A stretch of 64,000 bases of DNA from Calditrichia bacterium (GTDB taxonomy: Bacteria > Calditrichota > Calditrichia > JAJRVZ01): contig CAVZSQ010000015.1 of NCBI GenBank assembly GCA_963777955.1, positions 256,001-320,000 on the forward strand, written 5' to 3'. Under the pieces are notes generated by a model. That model was not told the DNA's origin and ran no database searches. It saw only the letters and a program-made list of their open reading frames with translations. Shown here piece by piece: positions 34,708 to 46,120 of the stretch (positions are counted from its first letter, which is position 1; each line of letters starts with the position of its first letter). Both the position numbers and the translations under genes were made by a program.

Positions 34708-35271
34708 TTATTTTGCCCGTTCCAGGTAAGTTCCTGCAGCGGTATCGATGCGGATGACATCCCCTTCGGAAATAAAGGGGGGGACCTGTACTTTCAGACC
34801 GGTTTCCAGAACCGCCGGTTTGTAGGAAGATGTTACTGTAGCAGTTTTCATGGCTGGTTCAGTTTCAACAACTTTGAGTTCCACTGATCCCGGCAACTCG
34901 ATACTCAGCGGTTTACCCTGGTAAAAGTCAACCAGCACTTTGGTATTGGGCAGGATGTACAGTGCCACATCACCGACCAGACCGATATGCAATGAAACCT
35001 GGTCGAAGGTCTGGATATCCATAAAAGTATACATTTCCCCGTCTTGAAAGAGATATTCCATCTCTTTTGTTTCCAGATCAGCCTTAACGATTATATCGTC
35101 GCTGCGGAAGCGTTTTTCCGCATTGGTGCCTGTACGGATACTTTTCATCTTCGTTTGAATCATCGCCCGCCAGTTACCGGGAGTAATATGTAATACTTCG
35201 CTCAGTTGATAGAGATCATTATTATATTCGATGATCATTCCTTTGCGTAATTGCGTCGCTTTAATCCTCAT
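34708..35271 (-). CDS. efp: Elongation factor P (loop tip TPGNWRA)
   Basis: LRKGMII, YLFQDG, FMD..TFDQ, KPAVLETG, VPPFI and YLERA motifs. Confidence 0.95.
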   Translation of the reverse strand: MRIKATQLRKGMIIEYNNDLYQLSEVLHITPGNWRAMIQTKMKSIRTGTNAEKRFRSDDIIVKADLETKEMEYLFQDGEMYTFMDIQTFDQVSLHIGLVGDVALYILPNTKVLVDFYQGKPLSIELPGSVELKVVETEPAMKTATVTSSYKPAVLETGLKVQVPPFISEGDVIRIDTAAGTYLERAK

Positions 35272-36179
35272 CTTCTTCCCTCGGAAATTTTAATCCAGTT
35301 TTTATTTTTTAATTCTTCATATTTACTTTCGTCTAAAACAAATCGAAATGATTCCGCCTGGGTCTTGACAAAATCCCGGTACTCTTTTGATTTATACATC
35401 TGCTTTAAATCTTTTTCCAGCGGAACGATCTGTTGTTTGACAAACCAGGTGAATGGTTGCTGGTCACCGAGTTCCGTCACACAGCCCCAATCGATGGCCC
35501 AGGATATTTTATCCAGCGGGTATTTTCCCAGAGAGCGGTTCAGCGCCAGGTATTTGGCCTGATCCAGCGGATCCAGGTAATAAAAGATCTTGGAATAAAA
35601 GACCGCATTATGATAAAATTCCGGAATGTTTATCAGTCCGGCCAGATTCAAACGCCAGCAGATGATCATCAGTAATTCCACTACCACCGCAGAAAAACCC
35701 AGACCGGGATATTTTTGGCCGGGCAGTTGAGGCCGATTCTCATCGAAAGAACCGAGCAGGTTCTGTATACATAACCAGTCAATGGTCAGGCCGAGATATG
35801 TTTTGCCATTGAAAGGACAGGGATACGGCATTCTGATGGTGAAAAAATCTTTGCGCAGGACAAGTTCAATGATGATATTATCCTGGTGCTGCTGATTGTG
35901 ATAAATAGTGACCTTATGACGGTAGGGATCACTGGTGTCTATGATAGTCACAACATTTTGAAATCCATGTTGCTGCAGTTTTTTATAAACACCGTATTTG
36001 TGCAGCGCCAGTCTAATCCCTTCCTCGGAGTAATATCCCAGGAAAAAAGTACTGCCCCGCCGGCCCAGGTCCAGATTGAACATGCTTTTTTCGAAAAAAT
36101 CCAATTCGGACAGATTGAGTCGCTGTAGTTGCTCAGTCTGTAACCGCTTGGCGATCAGCCAGTACTTATTGAATTTCAT
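35268..36179 (-). CDS. Conserved hypothetical protein, possibly GNAT-like acyltransferase
   Basis: LPGQKYPGLG..VVELL...NLAGL...HNAVFYSK resembles GNAT motifs A/B; translationally coupled to efp. Confidence 0.5.
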   Translation of the reverse strand: MKFNKYWLIAKRLQTEQLQRLNLSELDFFEKSMFNLDLGRRGSTFFLGYYSEEGIRLALHKYGVYKKLQQHGFQNVVTIIDTSDPYRHKVTIYHNQQHQDNIIIELVLRKDFFTIRMPYPCPFNGKTYLGLTIDWLCIQNLLGSFDENRPQLPGQKYPGLGFSAVVVELLMIICWRLNLAGLINIPEFYHNAVFYSKIFYYLDPLDQAKYLALNRSLGKYPLDKISWAIDWGCVTELGDQQPFTWFVKQQIVPLEKDLKQMYKSKEYRDFVKTQAESFRFVLDESKYEELKNKNWIKISEGRR

Positions 36180-36181
36180 GC

Positions 36182-37111
36182 TTATCTCAGAAATATTTCC
36201 CTGATAAAATCATAATAGATATTCCAACTCTGCGGACCGTACCCGCCGCCGGCCAGTATGACCATAGGTACCTTTTTGGCCTGCACCAGATTAAAGACGA
36301 ACAGGTTGCGAACCAGCATTTGCTCGCGGGTTAACTTCATATCGCCTATCGTATCGGCCTCGTACGGATCGGATCCGGCGATATAGAAAACCAGATCAGG
36401 ATTAAAATTATTAAAAGCGGGCGGCAAAGTTGACTGCAAAATTTCCAGATAGTGTTGTCCGTCGCTTTTTTCCGGTACGATAATATCAATATTGTTTTCT
36501 TTGCTGACAGTCAGCCAGGGATTGGCATGCATCGAATAAGTCATCACCGCCGGGTCATCTTTGAAGATCAGTAAATTGCCGTCGCCCTGATGATAATCCA
36601 GATCTATGATCATCGGTTTATGAATTAATTTCTTTTTGCGGTATTTGCTTATAGCAATGGCCACGTCATTGATCAGACAAAATCCGGCGGCCTGATCGGG
36701 CCGGGCATGATGAAAACCACCCCCCAGATTGAATACCACACCCTGGTTCTTGATGGCATGTTCTGTGGCCAACAGGGTGCCACCGGTAACAATGCGGAAA
36801 AATTCCAGAATGGACGAATCCCAGGGTGTATCCATGTAGATATGAAAAAGCTGGCTGACATGAGCAGGGTCCTGAATATTCTTTAAATAGGGTTGCGTAT
36901 GGACCAGGCCCATATCGTGATAATTCACCATCCCGGGTATCAGAATTTTTTTCCGGTTAATAATTTTTTTTTCGACCAGGGTATCGCGGATGCGCTTGAA
37001 TTTCATGGCATCGATCGTGTCAATCTGGTTCACGCCGCTTAAACCGTGATAATAGTCATGGGAGAATACCACCCATGTATTTTTTTTCCTGAGCAATGAG
37101 CGCAGTCTCAT
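36182..37111 (-). CDS. Zn-dependent histone-deacetylase-family protein (class IV-like)
   Basis: GGGFHHA, GFC, DLDYHQGDG, AGSDPYEAD and GGGY motifs. Confidence 0.92.
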   Translation of the reverse strand: MRLRSLLRKKNTWVVFSHDYYHGLSGVNQIDTIDAMKFKRIRDTLVEKKIINRKKILIPGMVNYHDMGLVHTQPYLKNIQDPAHVSQLFHIYMDTPWDSSILEFFRIVTGGTLLATEHAIKNQGVVFNLGGGFHHARPDQAAGFCLINDVAIAISKYRKKKLIHKPMIIDLDYHQGDGNLLIFKDDPAVMTYSMHANPWLTVSKENNIDIIVPEKSDGQHYLEILQSTLPPAFNNFNPDLVFYIAGSDPYEADTIGDMKLTREQMLVRNLFVFNLVQAKKVPMVILAGGGYGPQSWNIYYDFIREIFLR

Positions 37112-37114
37112 TTT

Positions 37115-38113
37115 TTATTCTTCCCCCAGCTCACCTGCCAGCGCCAGGCTGAAATATTTCTTAATCAAATGCGGATCATTAAAATTTCCCAGCAGCAACA
37201 TGAGTTTTACCAGGGCAGCTTCGGTAGTCATATCCTGCAGCGAAATACACCCTAATTTTTCAGCCTGTTTGCCAAATTCGTAGAGATGCATATCAACCTG
37301 ACCGTGTACCGACTGGCTGCCTATAAAAACTAGTTTTCCGGCAGCCAGCAGAGCGGTGATGAATTTTAACCAGTTCGGTCGCGGATTGGGCAGATTACCT
37401 ACTCCATAACCCAGCAGCAGGATGGCCCGCACCGCAGTTTTAAAAACAAATCCGTACAGCTCCGGTTCGAGTCCGGGATAAATCTGGATGACCATTAATC
37501 CGGAATCGAATACCGGTTTTAATAATGATCGCTGCTTTGAATTCAGAAAATTATGCGGATGCAGTTGAATATTTAAACCGATGGAAGCCAGTTCCGGATA
37601 GTTGGGTGATTCGAAGCCGGCATAACTTTCCATGCTTAATTTTTTGGTCCGGTTACCCCGCAGCAATTTATTTCCGAAACAGATGGCTACTTCCGGAATG
37701 GGGTGTGTGGCTAATTCCACGGCGTTAATCAGGTTTCCACGGGCATCGGAGCGAATAGCGGATAAGGGACGTTGAGCACCGGTCAGAATTATGGGTTTGC
37801 GCAAACCGATCAACAGATATGATAAGGCTGCTGCCGTATAGACCAGAGTATCGGTGCCATGGATTATGACGAAACCATCATAATGATCCTGCTCAATTTT
37901 AATAATTGAAAAAATCTTCAACCATTCGTCAGGACTGATATTGGAACTATCAAGATTGAACGGGATTTTAAAATGAATATGGGCAATATCCTTTAACAGT
38001 GGCAGATATTTTTCTATATCGGCTTTGATGTTGCCTGGTTTCAGGGTCATCGACGGCAGAACCGGAGTCATGCCGAAGGTTCCACCGGTATGGATGATTA
38101 GAATGTTTTTCAT
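37115..38113 (-). CDS. ansA: L-asparaginase, type I
   Basis: HTGGTFGM, LDSS, HGTDT, LTGAQ, RGNRTKK and F.SPNYP motifs. Confidence 0.9.
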   Translation of the reverse strand: MKNILIIHTGGTFGMTPVLPSMTLKPGNIKADIEKYLPLLKDIAHIHFKIPFNLDSSNISPDEWLKIFSIIKIEQDHYDGFVIIHGTDTLVYTAAALSYLLIGLRKPIILTGAQRPLSAIRSDARGNLINAVELATHPIPEVAICFGNKLLRGNRTKKLSMESYAGFESPNYPELASIGLNIQLHPHNFLNSKQRSLLKPVFDSGLMVIQIYPGLEPELYGFVFKTAVRAILLLGYGVGNLPNPRPNWLKFITALLAAGKLVFIGSQSVHGQVDMHLYEFGKQAEKLGCISLQDMTTEAALVKLMLLLGNFNDPHLIKKYFSLALAGELGEE

Positions 38114-38142
38114 TTTCCTGACTGATTATACTTAATATAATT

Positions 38143-38168
38143 AAAAAGCCGGGATAAATCCCGGCTTT
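38143..38168 (-). terminator. Rho-independent terminator of ppdK
   Basis: AAAGCCGGGAT-AA-ATCCCGGCTTT hairpin with a U-tract on the minus strand. Confidence 0.85.
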
Positions 38169-38203
38169 ATTCTTACTCAATCATCTAATTGTGCTTTTCC
38201 ATT

Positions 38204-40886
38204 CTATTTTGCGGTACGGATTGCTTCCTGCGCGGCCGCTAAACGGGCAATCGGTACGCGGTAAGGAGAGCAACTTACATAATTCATACCCACGCGGTGA
38301 CAAAAACCAACTGAGCGGGGTTCACCGCCATGCTCGCCGCAGATACCGATCTTCAGCCCGGGCTTGGTCTCCCGCCCTTTCTTGACAGCCATTTCCACCA
38401 GCTGCCCGACACCGGTCTGATCGAGTGTCTGGAAAGGATCATCCGGCAGAACCTGCTTCTGTTCATATTCAGCCAGAAATTTACCCGCATCATCACGGGA
38501 GAAACCAAAAGTCATCTGGGTCAGATCGTTGGTACCAAAAGAAAAGAATTCAGCCTCCTCGGCTATCTCATTGGCAGTTAAAGCCGCCCGGGGTACTTCG
38601 ATCATGGTTCCAATCATGTAGTCAACCTTGACTTTAAACTCTTTCTGTACCTGTTCGGCAGTGTTCTTGACCAATGTTTTTTGATTGGTTAATTCTGCTT
38701 TGGTCCCCACCAGCGGAATCATGATTTCCGGATATACTTTGACTCCCTCCTTGGTCAACTGACAGGCTGCTTCCATGATTGCCCTGGCCTGCATCTCGGT
38801 AATTTCGGGATAGGTAATACCGAGGCGGCAGCCGCGGTGTCCCAGCATCGGATTGATCTCGTGCAAAGAAGCTACCTTCGCTTTCACTTCATCCACGGAT
38901 GTACCCAGTTCGTCAGCCATCTCTTTTTGGCTCTTGTCATCCTGCGGTAAAAATTCATGCAGAGGCGGATCCAGGGTACGGACGGTTACCGGCAGATCGT
39001 GCATCGCTTTGAAGATCCCGTAGAAATCCTCTCTTTGATAGGGCAATAATTTTGCCAGTGCTTTACGGCGGCCGGCTTCATCATTAGCCAGGATCATTTC
39101 ACGTACTGCTTTAATGCGGTCGCCTTCAAAGAACATATGCTCGGTACGGCAGAGTCCGATACCTTCGGCGCCGAATTTCCTGGCTACTTCTGCATCATGA
39201 GGCGTGTCGGCATTGGTGCGCACCTTCAGTTTACGGTATTGGTCCGCCCAGGACATCAATATACCAAATTTACCGGATAGTTCGGGTGTAACAGTTGGCA
39301 CTTTTCCTTCGATCACTTCACCGGTTGAACCATCCAGCGAGATCCAGTCCCCTTCTTTTAAGGTCAGTTTACCGACTTTTAAATGTTTCTTTTTATAATC
39401 AATGTTTAAAACTGAACAACCGGCCACGCAACAGGTTCCCATCCCGCGCGCCACAACTGCTGCATGGGAGGTCATCCCGCCGCGGGAAGTCAATATGCCT
39501 TCGGCTACGTTCATACCACCGATATCTTCCGGTGATGTTTCAATTCGCACCAGCAATACCTGCTCCCCTTTGGCTGCCCAGGCTTCCGCATCATCAGCGT
39601 GAAAAACAATGCGTCCGGTGGCAGCACCGGGTGAAGCCGGTAAACCTTTGGCAATAACATTCTTTTTCAGCTTTCGGATCGAAAGTGGGATGCAATAACT
39701 GGTCAATCTGGTTAGGATCGAGCCGCATTATCGCTGTCTTGGTATCGATTAATTTTTCATCGGCCATTTCGACGGCTATGCGCACTGCAGCAGCCGCAGT
39801 ACGCTTTCCGTTGCGGGTCTGCAACATCCACAGTTTGCCTTTTTGAATGGTAAACTCAATATCCTGCATGTCCCGGTAATGCTTTTCCAGCAGATTGTAG
39901 ATTCGATCCAGGTCCTTGTAGGCGGCCGGCATGATCGATTGCAATGTCTGTTGCTCTTTACTGGTTTTAGTAGATTCATTCACCGGCTGTGGATTACGGA
40001 TACCTGCTACCACATCTTCACCCTGAGCGTTTACCAGGTATTCACCGTAGAATTTTCTTTCACCGGTGGCCGGATCGCGCGTAAAGGCCACACCGGTAGC
40101 GCAATCTTCGCCCATATTGCCGTATACCATGGCCTGCACGTTAACAGCGGTACCCCAGTTAGCCGGGATATTATGTAATTTACGGTAGGTTAAAGCGCGT
40201 TGATTGTTCCAGGACTGAAACACGGCGCTGATGGCCCCCCACAATTGTTCCCAGGGATCAGTGGGGAAATCCCTGCCGGTATTTTTCTTGATGGCGGTTT
40301 TAAATAGTTGAACCAATTCTTTCAAATCAGCCGCAGAAAGTTCCGTGTCCAGTTTCACACCGCGTTTCTGTTTTAACTCATGGATGATAACCTCGAAAGG
40401 ATCCTCCTCTTCCTTTGACTGCGGTTTCATTCCCAGCACCACGTCTCCGTACATCTGAGCGAAGCGCCGGTAGGAGTCCCAGCCAAAACGTTCATTTTTT
40501 GAATTGGTTATCAGGCCCTGCACCGTTTTATCATTCAAACCAAGATTCAGCACGGTATCCATCATACCCGGCATGGAAGCCGGTGCTCCGGAACGCACCG
40601 AAACCAACAGCGGATTTTTAGGATCGCCGAATGTCGCACCCATGATCTTTTCAATATAGACCACGCCGGCCTTAACCTGATTTATAACCTCCTGGGCATA
40701 TTTGCCCTTGCTCTTGTAGAATTCATTGCAGATTTCAGTCGAAATGGTGAAGCCAGCCGGTACCGGGATGCCCAGATTAGCCATCTCAGCCAGATTCGCA
40801 CCTTTGCCGCCCAGCAAAAGTTTCATATCGGCTTTTCCTTCAGCTTTTCCATCTCCAAACTTGTAAACAGACTTAGCAGCGGACAT
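38204..40886 (-). CDS. ppdK: Pyruvate, phosphate dikinase (frameshift at A-run near 39665)
   Basis: [38 protein letters not shown] and GICGEHGG motifs. ATG at 40886 follows GGAGGA. Confidence 0.96.
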
Positions 40887-41150
40887 ATTTCCTCCAAACA
40901 GTTGTAATATTATCATCAGATAAATTTCATAAATAAACAACGAATTTATGACACCCTTCCAACATTATCAATATAATTTCGGCTATTTTTCCGGAACTTT
41001 TGAGTAAATTCAGGTTAATTTTTAAAATTTATTTAATTACGACGAATCTTATTCACGCCGAATGTCGTTAGTATAAAATATTATGGCATCTGTCTGAACT
41101 TATTACACAGGCGACCAGGTTATCAGTTATTATAAAGGAATAAAATTAAA

Positions 41151-43553
41151 ATGAAACAGAGATGTTCTTTGCGGTTTCGACTCATACTTATAATGTACTT
41201 TGCTTTAATACTACTTGCTGCTGCCGGCCAGGCCTGGTCACAAACGACCATCTATGGTTTTATACGCGACCAGCAGACCAGAGAGGCATTGCTAGCGGCA
41301 AACATACAGATTGCCGGCAGTTATCGTGGTACAATTTCTAACGCTGACGGCAAATTCCTGATTGAACTGCAGCAAATACCGGATACTTTAATCGTCAGTT
41401 ATATCGGCTATGAAACTCAAAAAATCATTATCGCTGCCAGGCCTGACCAGGAACTGCAAATATTCCTGAAACGGATACTTCTGGAAATGCCGCCGGTAGT
41501 GGTGATCGCCGAAGATCCGGCTATTGAGATTATGCGTAAAGTTATTAATCGCAAAAAAATATGGCGGGATGCGCTAAAAACCTATCAGGCCAGGGCATAC
41601 AGCCGGTTGGTACTGGAGAATGACTCGGGTATAGTCTCTATTGCCGAAAGCATTTCCGAAACATACTGGGATCGTGAAAAAGGCCTGCGCGAACTCATCA
41701 AATCCAAGAAACAGACCAGTAATTTAAGCGAACAGGAGAATCTGGCCATTGCCAGTTACATTCCGAACTTTTATGATGATGATATCGATGAACAGGGATA
41801 CAAGGTGATCGGACCTACCCACCCCGCTGCACTGGATTATTATGATTTTAAACTGGAAAAGGTCCGTTTCCTGGGCGAGCAGGATGTCTTCACTATCCGG
41901 GTTATACCGGCCAGCAAATTACAGCCTACCTTTGAAGGGACGCTCGAGGTGCAGGATAGTACCTTTGCCCTGCTGGCAGTAAATTTGAAACCTGGTTCTG
42001 CTATACTTTATCCCTGGCCGATCCAGGAATGGAATCTGCAGTACCGGCAACAATTCAGTAATTTCGGTAAAATTTACTGGTTCCCGGTGGATTACCGTGT
42101 TGAAGGAACCATCAGAATCGGTCTGACCGGTTTGCAATTCCCCAGAATCCATTATAAGCGTATTACCGGATTGACCGATTACCAGATTAACATCCTTTTA
42201 CCCGATTCGCTATATCAGAAAAAAGATTTTCTCTCCGTGGATTCGCTGGCCCTGAAGGATCCGGGTCTTTTTACTGAACGTCAGGCAATAATTCCGCTGA
42301 CCCGACTTGAAGAAGTTGCCTATCAAACTCTGGATAGTACTATGACCCTGAGCAAGGCTTTTAAACCAAGCGGATTTCTGGCCAGGTTGGTTGAGGTACG
42401 GGTTGAGGGCGACCGCGAGGATAAAGGGAAAAAATCCAGTAACTTCTTTACTTATCTGGACCCGCAGGTCTGGTTTAACCGTGTGGATGGATTACATGCC
42501 GGACTAAAGTACACTCCCCGCTTAGCGGAACGGCTGCATTTAAGTCTGCTGGCTGCCTATAAAACCGGTATGAAGCGCGGAGCGTATGCAGCCGGACTGG
42601 AATACCGTTTCAGCACTAAAAATCCTGCACGCTTAAAACTCGCTTACAGCAGTAACACGGATATACGCGGCGGGGATTCTGAAAACTATTCCCGTACCCT
42701 GGCCAGTGTGGCTCCTCTGCTGGCGGCTGCAGACTATTTTGATTATTACTGGAACAAATCATTTCAGGTTGAAACTGCCCTGCCGGTCGGTTTTTTAAAA
42801 TCGCTGGTTACAGTGCAGTTTAACAGCGAGATCCATAGTTCGGCCAGTAAACATACTGATTTCAACCTGCTTGCTGCGGATTATAGGCAACGATTCAATC
42901 CGGGGATAGAATCGGGTAATTTGCGGGCACTTGAATTACAGATCCGTTTTGGAGATACTTATATTCCGTTTGGTATGGTTGGGCAAAAGCGATTGGAGTT
43001 CAAAATTGAAATCAGTTCACCGGGGCTATTCCGCAGTGATTATAACTATAGCAGATATAATGTCGGTGCCGATTATAGTTTGAATACCTGGTTAAAGCGA
43101 CGTTTATTACCAATGTCCCTGGATTTACATCTTGCCGGAGGTTTTGCTCAGGGTAAATTGCCCGTGCAGAAATTATATAAAATTGACGGCAGTTTGTCAG
43201 GTTTCAGTCCTTTTGGTACCTTGCGCACCCTGGCTTCCCGGCCCTATGAAGGAGAAAAATATGCAGTTATTTTTCTGGAGCACAATTTCAGGACCATCCT
43301 GTTCGAATTAATGGGTTTGGATTTTCTGACCCGCAATGGAATCGGCATCATCATTCATGGTGCTGCCGGCCGGACCTGGATTTCAGCAGAAAGATTGGAA
43401 ACGACAAAATTTAAGATCCGCACTACAGACCGCCTGCATCAGGAGATTGGCCTTTCTCTCAACGGATTGTTTAATATGTTCCGTCTTGATGTAACCCGGC
43501 GCCTGGATAGAAATAATACCTTTATCGGTTTTGGATTATCGAGATTTTTTTAA
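41151..43553 (+). CDS. CarboxypepD_reg-like domain plus DUF5686-like outer membrane protein
   Basis: Signal peptide, GTISNADGKF and VSYIGY N-terminal domain; FNRVDG; C-terminal beta-barrel ending in F. Confidence 0.75.
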   Translation: MKQRCSLRFRLILIMYFALILLAAAGQAWSQTTIYGFIRDQQTREALLAANIQIAGSYRGTISNADGKFLIELQQIPDTLIVSYIGYETQKIIIAARPDQELQIFLKRILLEMPPVVVIAEDPAIEIMRKVINRKKIWRDALKTYQARAYSRLVLENDSGIVSIAESISETYWDREKGLRELIKSKKQTSNLSEQENLAIASYIPNFYDDDIDEQGYKVIGPTHPAALDYYDFKLEKVRFLGEQDVFTIRVIPASKLQPTFEGTLEVQDSTFALLAVNLKPGSAILYPWPIQEWNLQYRQQFSNFGKIYWFPVDYRVEGTIRIGLTGLQFPRIHYKRITGLTDYQINILLPDSLYQKKDFLSVDSLALKDPGLFTERQAIIPLTRLEEVAYQTLDSTMTLSKAFKPSGFLARLVEVRVEGDREDKGKKSSNFFTYLDPQVWFNRVDGLHAGLKYTPRLAERLHLSLLAAYKTGMKRGAYAAGLEYRFSTKNPARLKLAYSSNTDIRGGDSENYSRTLASVAPLLAAADYFDYYWNKSFQVETALPVGFLKSLVTVQFNSEIHSSASKHTDFNLLAADYRQRFNPGIESGNLRALELQIRFGDTYIPFGMVGQKRLEFKIEISSPGLFRSDYNYSRYNVGADYSLNTWLKRRLLPMSLDLHLAGGFAQGKLPVQKLYKIDGSLSGFSPFGTLRTLASRPYEGEKYAVIFLEHNFRTILFELMGLDFLTRNGIGIIIHGAAGRTWISAERLETTKFKIRTTDRLHQEIGLSLNGLFNMFRLDVTRRLDRNNTFIGFGLSRFF

Positions 43554-43591
43554 TTCGGATAACTGTTCTTATCCTGTCATGAGCAGCCGTT

Positions 43592-44458
43592 TTATTTCTT
43601 TAAACTGGTTTCCCCGCTCTGGTCAAAAGAAAAAGTCGATTGGGGGATGCCCAGGTTCGGAACAGAAAGATTTAGATCACCGTTCAATTTAAAGGAAAGC
43701 GGTTTATTGCTGCTGAGTAACTGGTAGACCGATGAGCCAATCTGTATAAAATTAAGGGAAAGCGGCAGAGTTAAAGTCTGATTCTTCTTTTCATTCAGCG
43801 AAAAACCCTTGACGGCCGCGGCCTGCACCCAATTAACACCATTTACAGCCAGTCCGTAGTTTAAGTTATTGAATAAGACTGCAAAAGCATTAGCATTCTT
43901 GACATTTAACTTCAATTCGAGATTAGCCCCGGCCAGATTCAGGCTGTTCAGTTTAATTCCTTCCAGGCTGACATTCGGGATTTTGGGCAACGGTACCGAG
44001 CCTTTTTTCGATATTGGAATACGGGTGGCGCCCAGCACAGGCAGATCGAAGGTCAGGCCGCAATCCAGTTGATAAGCAGAAGTGTCCTGATTGATCAGGC
44101 TGGTGACCGTCTGATACATATCGACCAGTTTCAGAGTCAGCGGCAAACTCACTATATTGTCGGCATAGGCGGCAATTTCGATCCCCTGATTCTGATTGCC
44201 GCTGAGAAAAGAGTTGTCATTTATCAGCAACTGGTAATCGAGTCCCTGCAGTTTTATGGCCAGGTTATTCGTATTCTTGATGTTCAGATCAAACAGCAGC
44301 GTTAACTCTGTAAAAGACAGACCGGTGATTGAAGTATTTGCCACCGAAACTTCCGGCGGCTTGATCTGGGATTGCTGTAAAAGATTCAGCACATTCTGGC
44401 ATGAAAATAATAGAAAAGGTATGATCATAATGATGAACAGGCTACGATAGGATTTCAT
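43592..44458 (-). CDS. LEA type-2/WHy tandem-domain lipoprotein
   Basis: Lipobox LFSC; two repeats of P.V......L.......L...L.(I/V).N.N...I....L.Y.L.IN. Confidence 0.8.
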   Translation of the reverse strand: MKSYRSLFIIMIIPFLLFSCQNVLNLLQQSQIKPPEVSVANTSITGLSFTELTLLFDLNIKNTNNLAIKLQGLDYQLLINDNSFLSGNQNQGIEIAAYADNIVSLPLTLKLVDMYQTVTSLINQDTSAYQLDCGLTFDLPVLGATRIPISKKGSVPLPKIPNVSLEGIKLNSLNLAGANLELKLNVKNANAFAVLFNNLNYGLAVNGVNWVQAAAVKGFSLNEKKNQTLTLPLSLNFIQIGSSVYQLLSSNKPLSFKLNGDLNLSVPNLGIPQSTFSFDQSGETSLKK

Positions 44459-44531
44459 AGTTATTGCTCCTCTGCTCTATTGTATAAATATTTATGTTGC
44501 TAATCTAATGAAAAATAGAAATAAAAGTAGC

Positions 44532-45962
44532 CTAATTTTTAGGCAGGGAGATCGTATATTCGCAAAAATTTTCGCTGGTAAAAGTGATTTTTATTTTCCC
44601 GCCGTGCATTTTCAGTTTTTTCTTGACCAGATCCATGTCGCTGAATATTTCTTTACTGTATTCGGCCTCGGTTAAATTTGAGGAAGCCAGACTGGGCATA
44701 AACAGCAAGCGGATGACCTCGGAGCCAAGGTGATCACCGGGTAAGGCGTTGCCGATGGCTGAAATTTCAGTTTCACTCGAATCGATGGTCTTCTGTAATA
44801 AGCGCTCAATACGGATCAGCCGGCCGTCATGCCGTAATTTAAATCCGAAAATACGCCGGTCGGCATAAGTCTCGATTTCAATTATACCAGTCGGATTTTT
44901 ATTGGCCGACTTCCTCTCTTCGGGTTTTTCGATGCAATAAAAAACGGAAAAACGGATCAGCAGGATCAGGAATTCACGGACAATTTGCTGATGTGAATAC
45001 GGGATGATTGAATTATCAAAATTTTTATAATTGAACTGAATTTTCCTGCCCAGTTCTTTGGCCAGATTTTCCACCAGATTTTGCAGGGAGCGGATCATCA
45101 GACCGCCTTCGTATCTGCGGGTGGGACGCAACGAATTATTGAAATGTTTGAAGCGTTGCATCAATAATTTAACATCTTCCAGCATATGCCGGATCTCGCC
45201 CAGTTGAATAACTGCCGGCACAAAATCACTGCCCACAATTTCCGCACGGTCTTTAATTTTGCCTATTTCCACTTCAAAGTTTATCAACTTATCTTTGAAA
45301 AACTTAAGATTAAGCAGGGAAGCATTGCTTTTCAGGTGGTGGACAGTGCGTAAAATTTTATGCAGGATTATTTTGCAGTCCTCGGTCCCATGGGCATTTT
45401 TAAGTTCCGTGTCGATGTTATTCATCTCAATTTCGGTGACTTCAATGAATTCTTTGAGCAGGGGCGGTGCAATGCCCAGAATACAGACCAGCCATTCCAT
45501 TTGCTTCTCGGTCGTTTTTTCGATCTCTTCCAGTTTTTTGGTCAGGGAGATCTGCTTGGTCAGATCTTCAACCGTACAAATGAGTTTGGCAATAGCGCCC
45601 TCGGCCCGGATTCGTTTAAACTTGAAGGACAGGAATTTTGAAGAGGTCCATAAACCCCAGCGATTTTCAAATTGAAATTCGCTGAGATGCAGGGGATTTA
45701 ACTCATTGATTGTTTCTTCATCAAGATCGTCACGAAACATCAGATTAAGAAATTCCAGGGTATTGCTGATAATATTTTCAGGCACACGGTGTTCAAGCAG
45801 GGATATAAAATTCTGGCCGGCCGTGACTTTTTGATCGATAATAGATTCCAGGGAAGAAGAGAAATTTTCTTCGATTTCAAATTGCGGATTTAGAAAAAAA
45901 AGACCCTCATCGATCGCGAAGAGGATCAAATTTTTCTCACTGTCAAGTGGTATTGTGTGCAT
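44532..45962 (-). CDS. CheA-like PAS-like/Hpt protein with degenerate HATPase (pseudokinase)
   Basis: Hpt ILRTVHHLKSNASLL keeps the His. N-box reads LIRFSVFYCIE, G1 reads HDGRL and the G2 box is absent. Confidence 0.75.
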   Translation of the reverse strand: MHTIPLDSEKNLILFAIDEGLFFLNPQFEIEENFSSSLESIIDQKVTAGQNFISLLEHRVPENIISNTLEFLNLMFRDDLDEETINELNPLHLSEFQFENRWGLWTSSKFLSFKFKRIRAEGAIAKLICTVEDLTKQISLTKKLEEIEKTTEKQMEWLVCILGIAPPLLKEFIEVTEIEMNNIDTELKNAHGTEDCKIILHKILRTVHHLKSNASLLNLKFFKDKLINFEVEIGKIKDRAEIVGSDFVPAVIQLGEIRHMLEDVKLLMQRFKHFNNSLRPTRRYEGGLMIRSLQNLVENLAKELGRKIQFNYKNFDNSIIPYSHQQIVREFLILLIRFSVFYCIEKPEERKSANKNPTGIIEIETYADRRIFGFKLRHDGRLIRIERLLQKTIDSSETEISAIGNALPGDHLGSEVIRLLFMPSLASSNLTEAEYSKEIFSDMDLVKKKLKMHGGKIKITFTSENFCEYTISLPKN

Positions 45963-46120
45963 CCCTAAGTTCTCTTACGACAAAGCGCATCATCAATTAT
46001 TGGGATCAAAAAAATCGAGCTTATAATCCGCACCGGCACATGGATATAAACTCCCCCTGGCGATACCGTCGACCGGTCATTTATCAGCCGGCTGGTTTTC
46101 AGCCCCGGCTAAGACCCTTG

